From Emiliania huxleyi CCMP1516 (taxonomy: Eukaryota), in the NCBI RefSeq assembly GCF_000372725.1, contig NW_005202428.1, forward strand, positions 2,283,791 through 2,347,790: a stretch of 64,000 nt of DNA, read 5' to 3'. Under the pieces are notes generated by a model. It was not told where the DNA came from, did not search any database, and saw only the letters and a program-made list of their open reading frames with translations. Made by a program: the position numbers and the translations under genes. Shown in pieces: positions 48,279-60,430 of the stretch (position 1 is the stretch's first letter; every line of letters begins with the position of its first letter).

Positions 48279-49343
48279 TCAAACCCTGGCGGGCGCAACG
48301 ACTGCCTTGAGCTCCACGACGACGACGTTTTGCACGTCGCAGCCGTGGACATCGCAGAAGAGTGTGATGTTGCCCGTGTATGTGCCGCGGCCGCCGGCGC
48401 CAAGTGTCTCGGTCGGCGCCTTGCAGCTGGGCGGCGGCGTGAAGCCATACGACCACTCCGCACTGGTGTTGCCGCGCACCCTCGTGAGGTTGCCGCCGTC
48501 GCCGTCGACCTCGAGTTCCAGCAACTTCGTCAGGCATGCCTTAGCAGCGTCATTCGCATCGCCGACGGTTGCAAAGACGCCGGCTGCGGCCTTGAGCTGC
48601 AGCAGGGCCAAGTCGTTGCCGCTCTCCACCGCGTCGCTCAGCACGTCGGCGCAGTCGTACCGCTCGGCCGCGCAGGTGTGCTCGTCCATCGAGTCTTTGG
48701 CCTCCGACGGGCGGCAGTCGACAAAGGTCTCGTCGTCCCACTCGACGACCTTACTCGTGCGCGAGAAGCGCACCTCAAAGCCGGTGGCTTGCTGCATGCA
48801 AGGCTTCTTGGCGGCGGCTGCGGTGCCGCCCACCGCAGCCGGCCGCTTGATGGTGCCGGTGGCATCACCGCCCGACATCCACGTGCTCATGCTCGACGAC
48901 ATCTGCGCCTGTGCCGTTTTCTGCGCCTGTGCCGCCTTCTGCGCGGCCGCTTCTCCTGGTGCCTTCTTCATCGCCTTGCTGCCTGCCTTGGGCGCCTTGG
49001 GTGCCGTTGGCGGCTTGAAGCTCACGTCCACAAAGTAGCAAGTGCCCTTCCGAGTCTCGCCGTGTTGGCGCTTCTCGGCGTCACTTGCCTTGCGGCGCTT
49101 AGCGCTCCAGCCGGGGTGCCGCTCGACGTACTTCTTGAAGTCCCTCCAGCAGGGCTGGGTCAGGTGAGTTGAAGGCTTGAGAAGCTCCAATGTCGTAGCC
49201 GCGCCCGGAGTTTTGGTGAGCGCGTCATCGAATGCAGCCCTGGCGCTCGCCTCGCGCGCCTCCGCCGCGCCCGACTTCTCCGACCAGTCGCCGCGATTCA
49301 GGCCGTCATCAAAACCATCGAAGCCCAACATGCCGCGGAACAT
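48279..49343 (-). CDS. Hypothetical two-domain protein with a Lys/Ala-rich linker
   Basis: Intronless ORF MFRGMLGFDG...CWRDFKKYVERHPGW...VVELKAVVAPARV with GC3-biased codons. Confidence 0.7.
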   Translation of the reverse strand: MFRGMLGFDGFDDGLNRGDWSEKSGAAEAREASARAAFDDALTKTPGAATTLELLKPSTHLTQPCWRDFKKYVERHPGWSAKRRKASDAEKRQHGETRKGTCYFVDVSFKPPTAPKAPKAGSKAMKKAPGEAAAQKAAQAQKTAQAQMSSSMSTWMSGGDATGTIKRPAAVGGTAAAAKKPCMQQATGFEVRFSRTSKVVEWDDETFVDCRPSEAKDSMDEHTCAAERYDCADVLSDAVESGNDLALLQLKAAAGVFATVGDANDAAKACLTKLLELEVDGDGGNLTRVRGNTSAEWSYGFTPPPSCKAPTETLGAGGRGTYTGNITLFCDVHGCDVQNVVVVELKAVVAPARV

Positions 49344-49617
49344 CTCCCCGTTTTGAAGCCCGGGCGGCGGCGCGGGCAGCGGCGGCGGAACGTCCGGGTG
49401 CGCGGGAAAACAAAAAGAAAAGAAAAGTATTTTATACCGTGGCGTCCCTTCCCATTTCAAATTAAGAAGATTGTCTTTGCGGACCACGGCGCGAGGCGCC
49501 GTTCCGCACCGTCGGGCGCGCGTCTCGTCGCCAAAGCAGTACTCGGTGATGGGGTGCGTCTTCCAGGTCGCCCGCCCGTGTGATTTCAATGTATGTGGCT
49601 CTTACGTACATTCAAGT

Positions 49618-50098
49618 TCGCCTTCGGCAACACCGAAGAGCGCGCCCGCCTTGCAAACATGGGCTGCAAGCAACGCGGGTTCCGTGGTCAACGGGCGTTC
49701 GACCACACCACCGGCCGGCCAAGGCTACGTCAAGTCACAGCGTGGCCACTACCATGATGGGATCTTCACCAAACGAAACAAGTTCAACCTGCTTCTCCAC
49801 GAGACATTCGGCGGCGGCTTCTCGCCGCCAGCAGTTGCAAAGATCAACCGCCTTGCGCGCAAGGCTCAACGGACAACGCTCGGGCGTTGACCGCACCGCG
49901 TACTCTCCCCACTCCCGCCTCTCATTTGTGTCACACCACGCGGAACGCATCTCCATCGCTTCGGTGAAGGGGGTGAACCGTGCCATCCTCGATCGCCGTG
50001 CAAAGCTCGCTTCCGAGCTCTCACGCCGCGCGTAGGTAGGGCCCTTAGGGGCCTAGAGAACACAACCCCCTCTCTCTTTTCTCCCAGTAAGCTAAAAG
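49618..50098 (+). mobile_element. 5'-truncated, frameshifted CRE-like retroelement 3' end with 15-bp TSD
   Basis: Encodes AFGNTEE...NMGCK...GYVK...FNLLLHETFGGGFSP...DRTAYSP...HHAERISIA, homologous to 1-330 (minus strand); flanked by TACGTACATTC(A/C)AGT at 49603-49617 and 50099-50113. Confidence 0.9.
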
Positions 50099-50283
50099 TA
50101 CGTACATTCCAGTAGGAGGACTCTGCTGACAGGTTTTTCGCAGGAGCGACCCGAAGGGTTTCTGGTTAGCTTAGCTTTTGGGAGTTCTTGTTAAAATGTG
50201 CCACAAAACGGAGGGGAGACTTGGACGCGACGGACGCAACTGGCTGGCCCCACTGTCACACCACAGAAGCTTCTGAGTAGCGC

Positions 50284-52089
50284 ATGCGGCTTCCACACTG
50301 CTGCCGAACGACGGTGGACTTTCCGTGGAAACTGGTGCTGGTCACCGCGCTATTCAGGATGCTTGGCACAATGTCGGCCACCCTCGTCTTCCCGTTTATG
50401 CCCTTCATGCTTGTCGAGTTTGGCATCCCCGAGCCAGAGGTGGGTACTTGGGCAGGCATGATGGCAAGCGCCTTCTTCCTCGCCCAGCTCCCCTCCGGCG
50501 TCTTTTGGGGCTGGCTCAGTGACCGGGTGGGCCGGCGGCCTATCGTCGCCATCAGCCTTTGCGGTCAGGCCTTTTCTCTCGTCGCCATCGGCTTGAGCAC
50601 TACTGCCGAGGCGTGCCTCGCTGCTCGCATGCTTGGCGGCTTCCTCTGCGGCGCGGAGCCAGCAATTGTCGCGTCTCTCCGGGAGAGCACGCCCAAGCAG
50701 CACCGTACGCAAGCCTTCACCTACTCGCAAACTGGATTCTCCGGCGGCGTCCTGCTCGGGCCGACGTTGGGCGGCCTCCTCGCTAAGCCAGCGGATAACA
50801 TCCCCGCGCTCCGCGGCACCGTCTTCGAGGCGAGCCCCTACCTCCTCACTTGCGGGGCGGCGGCGGCGCTCCAGCTGCTCGGCCTCTGCTTTGTGCGTTT
50901 GCTGCCACGAAAGCAGCGCAAGGCCCTTGGCTCGCAGGAGGTCGTGGAGCTCCCCATGGTGGCACCCGAGACGGCGCCGCCAAAGCCACGTCCAACGGCA
51001 GAGATTCTGTCATGGGTCCGGTCCAGGGCGCACGGCGTCACGGTCGGCGTGCGCGCCACCTGCGCACATCCCGTCATCGCAGTCTGCCTCACGGACATCT
51101 TTCTTATGCACGTGGTGCAGAGTGCACTTGGTGAGCTCTTCCCGCTCTTCGCCAGCAACAAGGCGCATGGCCTCGGGCTGGAGCCCGTCGAAATCGGAGA
51201 GGCTATGGCGCCGCTCGGCCTCATGCTCGGCGTCGTCTCCCTCAGCTTCAGCGCCCTCGAAAAGTGCGTCGGCCTCAAGTTTCTCTTCCGCGGCGGCATG
51301 CCTCCCTAGAGCGGCTGACATAGGCCTGGGGGGCGGGCGCTCCCAGCCAGCCACCAACCATTACCACCGCCCACTCTTCCACCTGTAGGTATGCTTCTTT
51401 TTGGCTCCCTCATCTTCTCGATCCCCATCGTCCTCCCCGCGCTCAAGGCCCTCTCGCGCTCGCTGCTGTGGGCGGGCCTCGTCACCCTTGGACTCCTGCG
51501 CCCATGCGCAGGAATGCTCTCGATGAGCGCGATGAGCATCATGTACAACAACGTACTCAGCGCTCACTTTGGACTGTACAATGGCATCGCGAGCTCCGTG
51601 ACCTCGTGTGGACGTTGCTTGTCGCCTGTGACCGTGGGATCCCTCTTCGCTGTCGGCGTCTCGAGCGCCGGCTCCGCGTCCTTCCCACTGGGCATCTACC
51701 TGCCCTTCACCGCGGCCGCCGCTCTCGCCGTCGTTGCTGTGACCATCTCGTTTCGCCTCCCTTCCGAAGTGGGCGTGCGGCCAGAGACGTGCGGCGCAAC
51801 GAGCGACGAGCTCGAGACCAAGCGCGCTGAGGGGCGCGGGTCTGAGCTGCCGGAGGCGGTGCCAATGTCAGACGAGGACCCTGCAGCAACGCTAGCGACC
51901 GCTGTCCGCGTCTCATCACGAGATCAGAGCACGGCGACCAAGGGCGTCGTGGGCGATGACGGCGCTGCCAGCTCGCAGCGTCCAGCGATGGCGGGAGCCG
52001 GGACAGCGGGGCCCACGATGACCGCTGAACCAGATGGTGTTGGTGACGCGTCGAAGAGGTGCAGAGACACGTCGTCTTTAGCGTCGTAA
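50284..52089 (+). CDS. Major facilitator superfamily transporter (ZIF1/TetA-like), 2 exons
   Basis: WGWLSDRVGRRP (motif A), ARMLGGFLCG, LLGPTLGGLLAKPA, PYLL; GC-AG intron at about 51296-51388. Confidence 0.92.
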
Positions 52090-54355
52090 CTGACGAGCTG
52101 CCTTTTAGGATACCCTCAGACCATGTGTAGAGAGTGTGAACCACAGTGAAGGCGAGGGTGAAGCGCGGGTCCGAGAAGGCTTCTCGTCCTAGAGCCCTAC
52201 GCCGAGGCGCGAGGGGGTCTACAGACTACGTTATAAAGTACACCGCACCCCGCCCTATAGACGTTTCAAAGATTTCAAAAAAAAATGAGCCGCGCCCAGA
52301 TGGCAGCTGTGTATGTCGGCTGACAGCGCACTAGTGTGTTGGGCCCGAGGTTTTTCTCCAAGTCTCGTTGATGCGAGGCGGACAAACTCCTCCCTGCCTT
52401 CGGGCCCCGTCGCCTTCGGGCACCACGCACTCTCACACGCCAATACACGCGCGGCCGGCGCCCCTCATGCCCTTCTCCACGCACACCGCGTGAAAACTGC
52501 GCGTACGTCCCCGCGCGCACGCAAACACACGCGTAGCGCCCAGAAGCCTGTGTCATGTGCGTCTGCCCTGTGCTGGCGCCCCATGGCCGTCCCGCGCCGC
52601 CCGCACCAGCCACGCGCCCCTCGCACCACCAGAGCAAGCCGCATATCCACTCACGCCGCGACGCGCGCGCCGCAGCACACCTCACCAGCACTACCTCGCC
52701 TTTTTGCGCCCTGTGCAGGCTCTGCACACTGCTTCTGGCATCTCACAATCGGCTGTACCAGGACGCGCCGCGAGTACGACGCAGATTCTGCACCACGCAA
52801 GGCGCGCACGCACGCACGCACCCGCACGCGCGCTCATCCGCTCAGTCTTCTGCACAGCCTGTCAGCCTGCCTGCACACACAGCATACAGCACCATCAGCC
52901 CGCGTGCTCCGCACTGCGCCCCTGCCGCCTCGCGCCTGTCTGCACTGCACGAGGCGCGCGCGTGGCACGCTGCGCGCACGCACGCCCGCACAAGCGCGCG
53001 CGCGCGCTCAACCGCTCTCTGCTGCACAGACCGCCAGCCTGCCTGCACACACAGCATACAGCACCATGGGCACGCATACGCCTAACGACGCAGCCCGCAC
53101 CCCACAACAATAGCCTGCCTCACGCCTCACCACGCCGTCCCGCGCTCACACCGCCAGCAGCCCGATCAGAGAAACTGCAGCGCGCGCCTCTGCCCACTCC
53201 TGCAGTTTCTCTGCATTCTGAGACCTTCTCAATCCACCCCGCAGCCGCGCCTCCCCGGGCACACTCACACCGCAGCAATGAAGATGTGAGTCGAAGTATG
53301 GGATATCGACCGAGCCCGCGCCTGCCGCACGCAGTTCCGTTTCTTTTTACTGCCATAAGCATAAAAAGAAAAACACGATGGCGAAAATTTCTTTCCTCCT
53401 GTTAAACCGCTATGTGCATAGTGCAACAATACGGTAAGCTCGTGCGCATGTACTGCGAGATAGCTAGCCCATAAAATCTTGATGTCAAAACAAAACACTC
53501 CCTTGGAGATTACGAATCCTGGCATAGTGTGTGTAGCACCGCCGCCAATGACTGCCGGGGCGTCACACTGACAGCGAGAAGGAACTCACCAGTCCGATAA
53601 GGATCAACTGGAAAGCTGAACCCTGGGCTTAGACAGAACGTGGGCGTGGCAGGCTCCAGGGGAGGCCACGCTCTACCCGGGGCGCTAAGGAGGGAAATCG
53701 AAGCTGTCGGGCGTCCAGCGAAAAAACTCGCGAGGACACACCGACAATCCCCCCTCCCCGAGGACCGAACCTAGGCACGTAGAGCACGGGTCATCTCGGA
53801 GAGAGAAAGGGGAGGGGTAGGGGGGGGATAAGGGAGCCGAGATACGCGGGAGTACCCTGGGAGTGAGAGCTCTCATTCATGGTCGCGAGACCAGGGGAAG
53901 CCATCATGGGGAACGGGCACACCAAGGCACTAACTTCATCACTCATTCGCCCCGCATTAGGTAGCGACCCCAGGTTCAGAGCTAGGCTTCCCGACAGGGC
54001 AGGGAACCCCCAGCGCGCAGGCGGGGCCCACGGTAGCCTCGTGCAGTACGCGATACCGAGAGCTGGGGGAGAGGCGCGCCACGCCAAGGGGGAGAGAATG
54101 GAGGGGGGAGAATATGCGTGCTCGTTTTTCTTCGAAAGCAATTTTTTTTAGTGTGTTGGGCCCTGGATAACCCGCGCGAAACCAGCGCCAACCGCGTCGC
54201 GCGCACACAGATCAGGGGGAGAGAAGAGGTGGGGGGGGGGGGGGGGCGAAAACAAATAACCCCGGGTGGCCGCGCAGCGGGCCGCGTGCCCGCCGATCGG
54301 CGGCGGCGGCGCGAGAACGGAGAGGGTCGCGCGGTTGGAGACGCAAGGACGCCGC

Positions 54356-56402
54356 TCAGTCCACCTCCTCGATCGATGCCCCTTCCTCCTCCTCGACGAC
54401 GGTGGGCCCGCCCGGCATGCCGCCAGGCATGGAGGAGGGCATGCCACCCATGCCGCCCATCGCCTCCGCCATGCCGCCGGGCATCCCTCCCATCATCTTG
54501 CCCATGAGCTTTTGCAGGACAGGGCCAACCTATCGGAAGGACCGCGTGCGGTGAGACGCCGCCCACAGCCGTCGCCACTCCGCTGCTCGCAGGGCGGGGC
54601 AAGCCTCGGGGTCGTTCATGTACTGCATCGCCGCCATCGGGTTGCCCATGCAGCTCTGCATCGCCTCCATCACCTGATCGCCGGGGGCCCCGGCTCAGAG
54701 GAGCGCCGCGCCCCAGCGCCGCGGGCGCGTGAGCGGCCTTTGGCGAGGCGCGTGCGGAGCGAAGAAGCGCACCCGCAAATGGCGCGGTGGGGTGCTGTGG
54801 CGGGGACGGGCGGCGACGCCTTTGGGTTGGACATCGCCGCAAGCATCTCCGGGTCCTGCATCATCTGCGCCATCATCGCCTCCATCCCCCCACCGCCCAT
54901 GCCGCCCATGCCGCCCATGCCTGGCATGCCGGGCATGCCTGGCATGCCGCCCATGCCCGGCATGCCGGGCATGCCGCCCATGCCCGGCATGCCCGGCATG
55001 CCTCCCGGCATCCCGCCTCCGCCCGCCGCCTCCTCCTCCTTCTGCTTCTCGTACTCGCGCCGCGCCTCCTCCCTGCGCCTACACGCGGCAGAGGTGGCGG
55101 CAGAGGTGGCGGCAGAGGTGGCGGCAGAATATGCGGCTGCAGCTGGTTTGCGGTGGCGTGGTGGCGGTGTGCGGGGTGGCGGTGTGCGGGTGGCGGTGTG
55201 CGTGCGTGGCGATGCGCGCGGCTGAGTGTGGGGCGGCGTGGGTGGCGGCGCCTCGCCGCCGCCTTGGCCGCCCGCTCCGCCTCCTTGGCCTTCTGCTTGA
55301 CCGCGCGCGCCTGCCGGTCGGCGCACCGCTTGATGACGAAGCGCTGGATGCCGTCGACCGCGTCGTCGTAGTCGATCCGCTGCGCGAGGGCGAGGTCCTT
55401 CTGCGCCGCCTGAGGGGACGGGCGGTGCGGGTGACGGGACGGAGCTTTGCGCGAGCCCAGCCGGGCCCGCTTGCGCCGCCTCGTAGTCGCCCAGGTACCG
55501 CTTTGCCATACCGCGAACCTTGAGCGCCTTGGCCGAGTCCGGGTTAGACTCGAGCGCCTTGTCGCAGTCGCGGATCGCTGCGTTCGGCTTCTTGAGCTTG
55601 AGGAAGCAGCTGCAGAGAGAGGAGGGTTAGGGTTAGGGTTAGGGTTCGGCTTCTTGAAGTAGAGGAATCAGCTGGAGAGAGAGGAGGAGCGAGGAGGAGG
55701 CGTTGGCTGCAGCTCGGGTGAGGAGGGAGGGAGGGAGGGAGGGAGGGGGGAAGAGGGAGGCGGTGTCGCATATCTGTTTATCTACAGGCGCATCACTCGC
55801 CGCGCTTGGCGAATACGAGCGGCGAGGGCATCAGCTTGAGGACAGAGGTGTAGCATTCGACCGCCTGGCCGGCGAGGGGGGGGGGGTATTGGGCGGTGGG
55901 AGGAGGAGGCGGGTAAGCGGCGACAGAAGCGGGGCGCCTTTGCGTAGTCGCCTCCGGAGGCGGCCTCGGCGGCGGCCATCTTCATCTCGCCCGCCTTGTC
56001 CATGTCGGCGTCCGAGACCTCGCCGCCCGCTGCAACACCCACCTCCGCCGGCGGGTCCGAGTCCGGCGCCATCAGCTCCGGGTCCTCCTCCTCCGGCTCC
56101 TCCTCCTCGTCCTCCGAGCCGTGCTGCTCCTTGTCGTGACCGTGGCCATGGGAGTGCGAGTCGTGGCCGTGGTCATGCGACTCGTGCTCGTGCGCGCAGC
56201 ATCCCGACCCGTGCTTGTGCTCGTGCGAGTCGTGGGCCGAGTCGTGGCCGTGCGTGTGCGCTGCCTTTGCCGCCGGGATCGTTGCGCCGAGCGAGGTGAG
56301 GTAGTCCTTGAAGAAGGCGAGGGAGGGCTCGTTCAGAAGCTCTGGCTGCTCTTTCAGGGTTGAAATGAGCTTTTTGAGCGCGGAGGCCTGGGCGGAGTCC
56401 AT
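54356..56402 (-). CDS. ST13: Hsc70-interacting protein HIP/ST13 (dimerisation domain, TPRs, GMP repeats, STI1 domain)
   Basis: [62 protein letters not shown] repeats, [14 protein letters not shown]; ends IEEVD-stop. Confidence 0.95.
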
Positions 56403-56653
56403 ATGGATGCACAAGTGTCTGGAGAGAGAGGTAGATCTACAGTGATGAGCGGGGGACCGCGTTGAGAGTGTCCACAGAGTCAGAGGGCAGGCAGAGGGGC
56501 GGAGTAACGAGCCTAACCCGAGCCTAACCCGAGGCTAATCCGGCGCTAACCCACGCTAACCCGCGCTGCTTAAGGGCATACTCCATACACACGTTAGGAC
56601 GGGTTCGTGCCGGGGGTTAGATAGAGCTCTTCGTAGCGCCGGGTTATGTGGTA

Positions 56654-57124
56654 CCGTCGGGTCTCTATTTTAAGATGAGGTAAACAGCAATAGATCCGGC
56701 CCTCAAGCGGCCTAATCGATACCCAGCCCTCACGGAATTGGTCCCTCGTTGTACAGCAATCGATCCTTCACAGTGCCCGGTCCTGCCAACTTGCCGAGAA
56801 TCGGTCCCCCAGGTCACCTGTGGCGCGAAGCTGATGTCTCCCGCCCTCTGCGCGCCCAACGCGCAGCGGCGGCAGACCACCCTCCGGTTCGAGGGGCGCC
56901 TGGGGCTGAGCGGGCTGCCTCCGCCAGAGTTTGGCTCGCCCACCGGCGGGCTGTCACCCTGCCACGGGTCGCAAGCCCTCTGCCGGCCGGAGCGCAGGCT
57001 GCGCGGGCTTCCAGCAATTGGTCCCTTGGCAAGCGCGAATCGGTCCCCCTGGCTCCAGGAACTGATCCGGCACTACACCCGGATCTATTGCTGTTTACCT
57101 CATCTTAAAATAGAGACCCGACGG
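56654..57124. mobile_element. Tc1/mariner-pogo-like MITE with perfect 46-bp TIRs, TSD TA
   Basis: CCGTCGGGTCTCTATTTTAAGATGAGGTAAACAGCAATAGATCCGG and its exact reverse complement at 57079-57124; TA on both sides. Confidence 0.95.
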
Positions 57125-57436
57125 TAACCCGTGCTGACAACCGCCGTGCAGCGTGCTGATCCGTGGACCGTGCCGGGTTAGTGTGGCTTGAACCCGGTGG
57201 AACCCGCGCTAACCCGCGATTACTGGAAGACTCACCCTGTAGCCCTTACGTAGGGAGAGGGCGCGAGGGGAGAGAGACTGAGAGTGTGGGAGAACACGAA
57301 GACGGCGCTCTAATGGTCATATGTCCCAGCCGCAAGAGCCAAGAGCGCCCGCAGATCGGTCCGGGGATTTGAGGACGGACCGACGTGGTTTGGAGCATCC
57401 TGTCGCCACAATCACTCTTGAACTGCGGAGCTCTGC

Positions 57437-59803
57437 TCACCGGTCGCCTCCCCGCCCCGCTCGCCGCCCGCATGGCGGCAGGCCTCGGCCGCCCGGGCGC
57501 CGTTCGAGAGGCACCACCCTTCTGTCACGCTGCGCCGCCGCCCTCCCACTGCCACCGCCGCTGCCGCTGCCGCTGCTGGCTTCCTGCGCCTCGGGCAGCG
57601 AGCCCATCGCCGCGAGCGGCACGACGGTGTGGCGGGGCCCTCCTGCACCTGCCTGTCCCTGGAGCTGCTGCACGAGGGCGAGCAGGCGCGCTCGCTCGTC
57701 ACACTCCTTCTGCACCAGGCGCCGCGTGCCCTGAAGCTCCCCCTCCTTCTTGCTCACCAGCGCCGCCATCCTACCCAAGGCCGCCTCCATGTCCTCGACC
57801 GCAGCTCCGCCAGCGCGATCCCGCGCCTGAGCCTGTGCTTGCGCATTCGCCTGGGCAGCAGCCTCCGCCGCCGCGGCCGCCTCCGCTGCCGCCGCCGCCG
57901 CCGCCGCGTCCGCCTGCTCCATGCGAACCGTAGCCTTCCTCGCCTCCGCCTCTGCTAGCTCCGCGCGCGCTGCAGCCTGCGCGGCCTCCCCCTCTGCGGC
58001 AGTGAGCCTCGACCGCAGGCCCTCGGCCTCACTCCTCGCTCTTGCGTCCTCAACGGCCTTTGCCTTTGCCTGAGCGACTGCAGCTTCGGCGGCGCGTAGC
58101 CTGTCCGCCAGCTGCTGCTCGTGCGCTCTCGCGGCAACCTGCGCCGCACGCGTCTCGGCGCGCAGCCTCGCCTCAGACGCCTCGGCGCCCTTCGCCACCT
58201 CTGCCGCCCGAGCAGCCTCAGCCTCCTTTGCTCGACGAGACTCCTCAGCCGCCGCCGCCCGCTCCTCAACCTGTCGCTGCCTCGCCTTGGCGGCCTCCAT
58301 CTCACGACGCGCGTCGGCTGCCGCCGCGCTCTCCCGCTGGAGCTCTTGGTCGCGCCTCTCGGCCTCCGCGCGCGCCCTCGCCAGGGACGCTTCAGAAGCG
58401 GCGACGCGCTCACTCAGCTGTGCCGCCTCCGCCGCGGCCGCCTCGCGACGCGAGGACTCGATGCGAAGTGTGTCTCGACACGCTGCGTGCGCCGTCTGCT
58501 CCGCATCGAGCGCTGCCGCCGCCTCGACTGCATTCCGGGCCTCTCGCGTCCGCTCCGCCCGAGCCGCGTCGAGCGCAGCTTGCGCCTTGGCCGCGCCTTC
58601 TGTCGCGCCCTCTGCGGCCGCGGCTGCCTCGGCCGCGCTATCCCGCGCGGTCTCTCGCTCCTGGGCAGCGACGCGCGCGCGCTCTATCGCTGCGGCCTCC
58701 TCGTTGCGCGCCCGTGTCGCCATCTGGCGGGCGGCCGCCGCGTCGGCTTCAGCGACATGAAGCGCTTGCGCTGACGCGTGCACCTATTTCCGAGGGGATG
58801 GGACAGTGTGAACCCGTAGACGGCGCCCGGCCTTCATCGAAGGCGCTGCACCGCTTCTTGCGCCTCCTTGCTTGCAGCTTGCGCCCTCGCCTCCGCCTCG
58901 AGCTTCGCCTATCATGCGAGGGACAAATCTGGGACGTGGTGCTCAGCAACGCCGGCCGGCAATGCCGCGCCGCGCCGCGAGGGACTTCTCGGCGACCACC
59001 GCGAGGGAATGCAGGCCCTTTGCAGACTCGCGCTCGGCCGCCGCGAACGCAGCGGTGGCTTCCGCTCGCGTGGCGTCGAGAGCAGCTCGCAGGCTTGGGC
59101 CGACGGCCCGGAGCAGCTCGAGGGCCGCTCGCCTCTGGCTGAGCGCGGTCTTTGCTCGCCGCTCGTGGTGCGCCTTGGTGATAGCACAGCTACAGTCGGA
59201 CAAGGCGGGCAGGAGGAGTGTACAGGCTACGCGGTCTGGCGCCACCTTCGATGAGCTGAGGTCATCGAGCCGAGGCTTCAGCTCAGCGAGTTGGGCATTT
59301 GCCTCTGCTAAAGTTGACCGGGCCCGTGACAGCGACGCCTCGAGCTCGGCCTGTCTGTCGCGAGCCGCATCGCGCTCTTGATACCACCTCTCGCGCTCGC
59401 GCGACCACTCCTCCCGTTCCCGCTCCCGCTCCCGCGACACCGCTGCGGCAGCCGTTTGGCTCTCAGCCTCGGCTTTGGCCGCCCGAGCGGCCTCGGCTTT
59501 GGCATCTTCCAGCTGCGCCTCGGCGTCGGCTAGGCGCCGTTCCACCTCCTCCATCACGGCGAGACGCATAGCGCACGACTCTTGCATCTGTTGTAATTGT
59601 GCGTAGTGCGCAGCCGCCACCGCCTTTGCCTCTTGCGCCGAGGCGCCGTCGCCCTTGACGGTTGCGAGCTCTCTCTCCAGCGCCGCAATATGGCGCTTCC
59701 TCCGGACCTCTCGGTGCATGGAATTTCCAACCCCACAGAAAGAACATACGCCGTTGTCGCCATCCGCGTTGTCGTCGTCCGTGTACTCGTCGTCGGGCTC
59801 CAT
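57437..59803 (-). CDS. Long coiled-coil protein with N-terminal CxxC (weakly LEKR1-like C-terminal VQKECDER)
   Basis: Ala/Glu/Arg heptad-rich ORFs 58943-59803 and 57437-58783 joined by introns. Confidence 0.65.
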
Positions 59804-60430
59804 TGCTGCTGCCGCCCCCCCCGGCGGTAACCGACAAACCGTCGGTCGCAAAAGTACAAAAAATGAAACCCGTTTCACTCGATTTCACAGCGTTCTCCGA
59901 CCCACGCACCAACAGTCTTTGACATTTGACAACGGCGGTGCGACGCCCCCCCGGGCGCTCCAATTCGCCGAGATTGACCTGCCGGGATGGCGAACAACGC
60001 GTACACAAAGGCCTGCAGTCAGTGTGGGTGGGAGCGGTCCTGCCTCCCTTGCCGGTCATGCGACGGCTGCCAACTCTGCACCGCGACGGCGGCCGACGCC
60101 AAAGCACCGTCGGCGCCAGCGATTCCTATTCTCCCAAACTTGGCTCCCTTGTAGCAGGCGCGCTGCGACAAATATCGGAGGCTTCTGTTTCGCCTCAAGC
60201 AGAAGAATAGCGATGCACGCCGCGCACACGGTGCGACGCCGGCCCCTATCCGCGACGTGGCGATAGTCAAGCGCGCACCCCAAACACTCCCCACCAATGA
60301 ACTCATGTCCCCCTCCCCCCCGTCTGCAGATTCTGACCGTGGCGCGTCGGAAATTCGATGGCGCGCACGCCTCAGTCCCGTCGCCCCACCAATACCCAGC
60401 TCAGGTCCCCCAAACCCCCCATGCCGCTGC

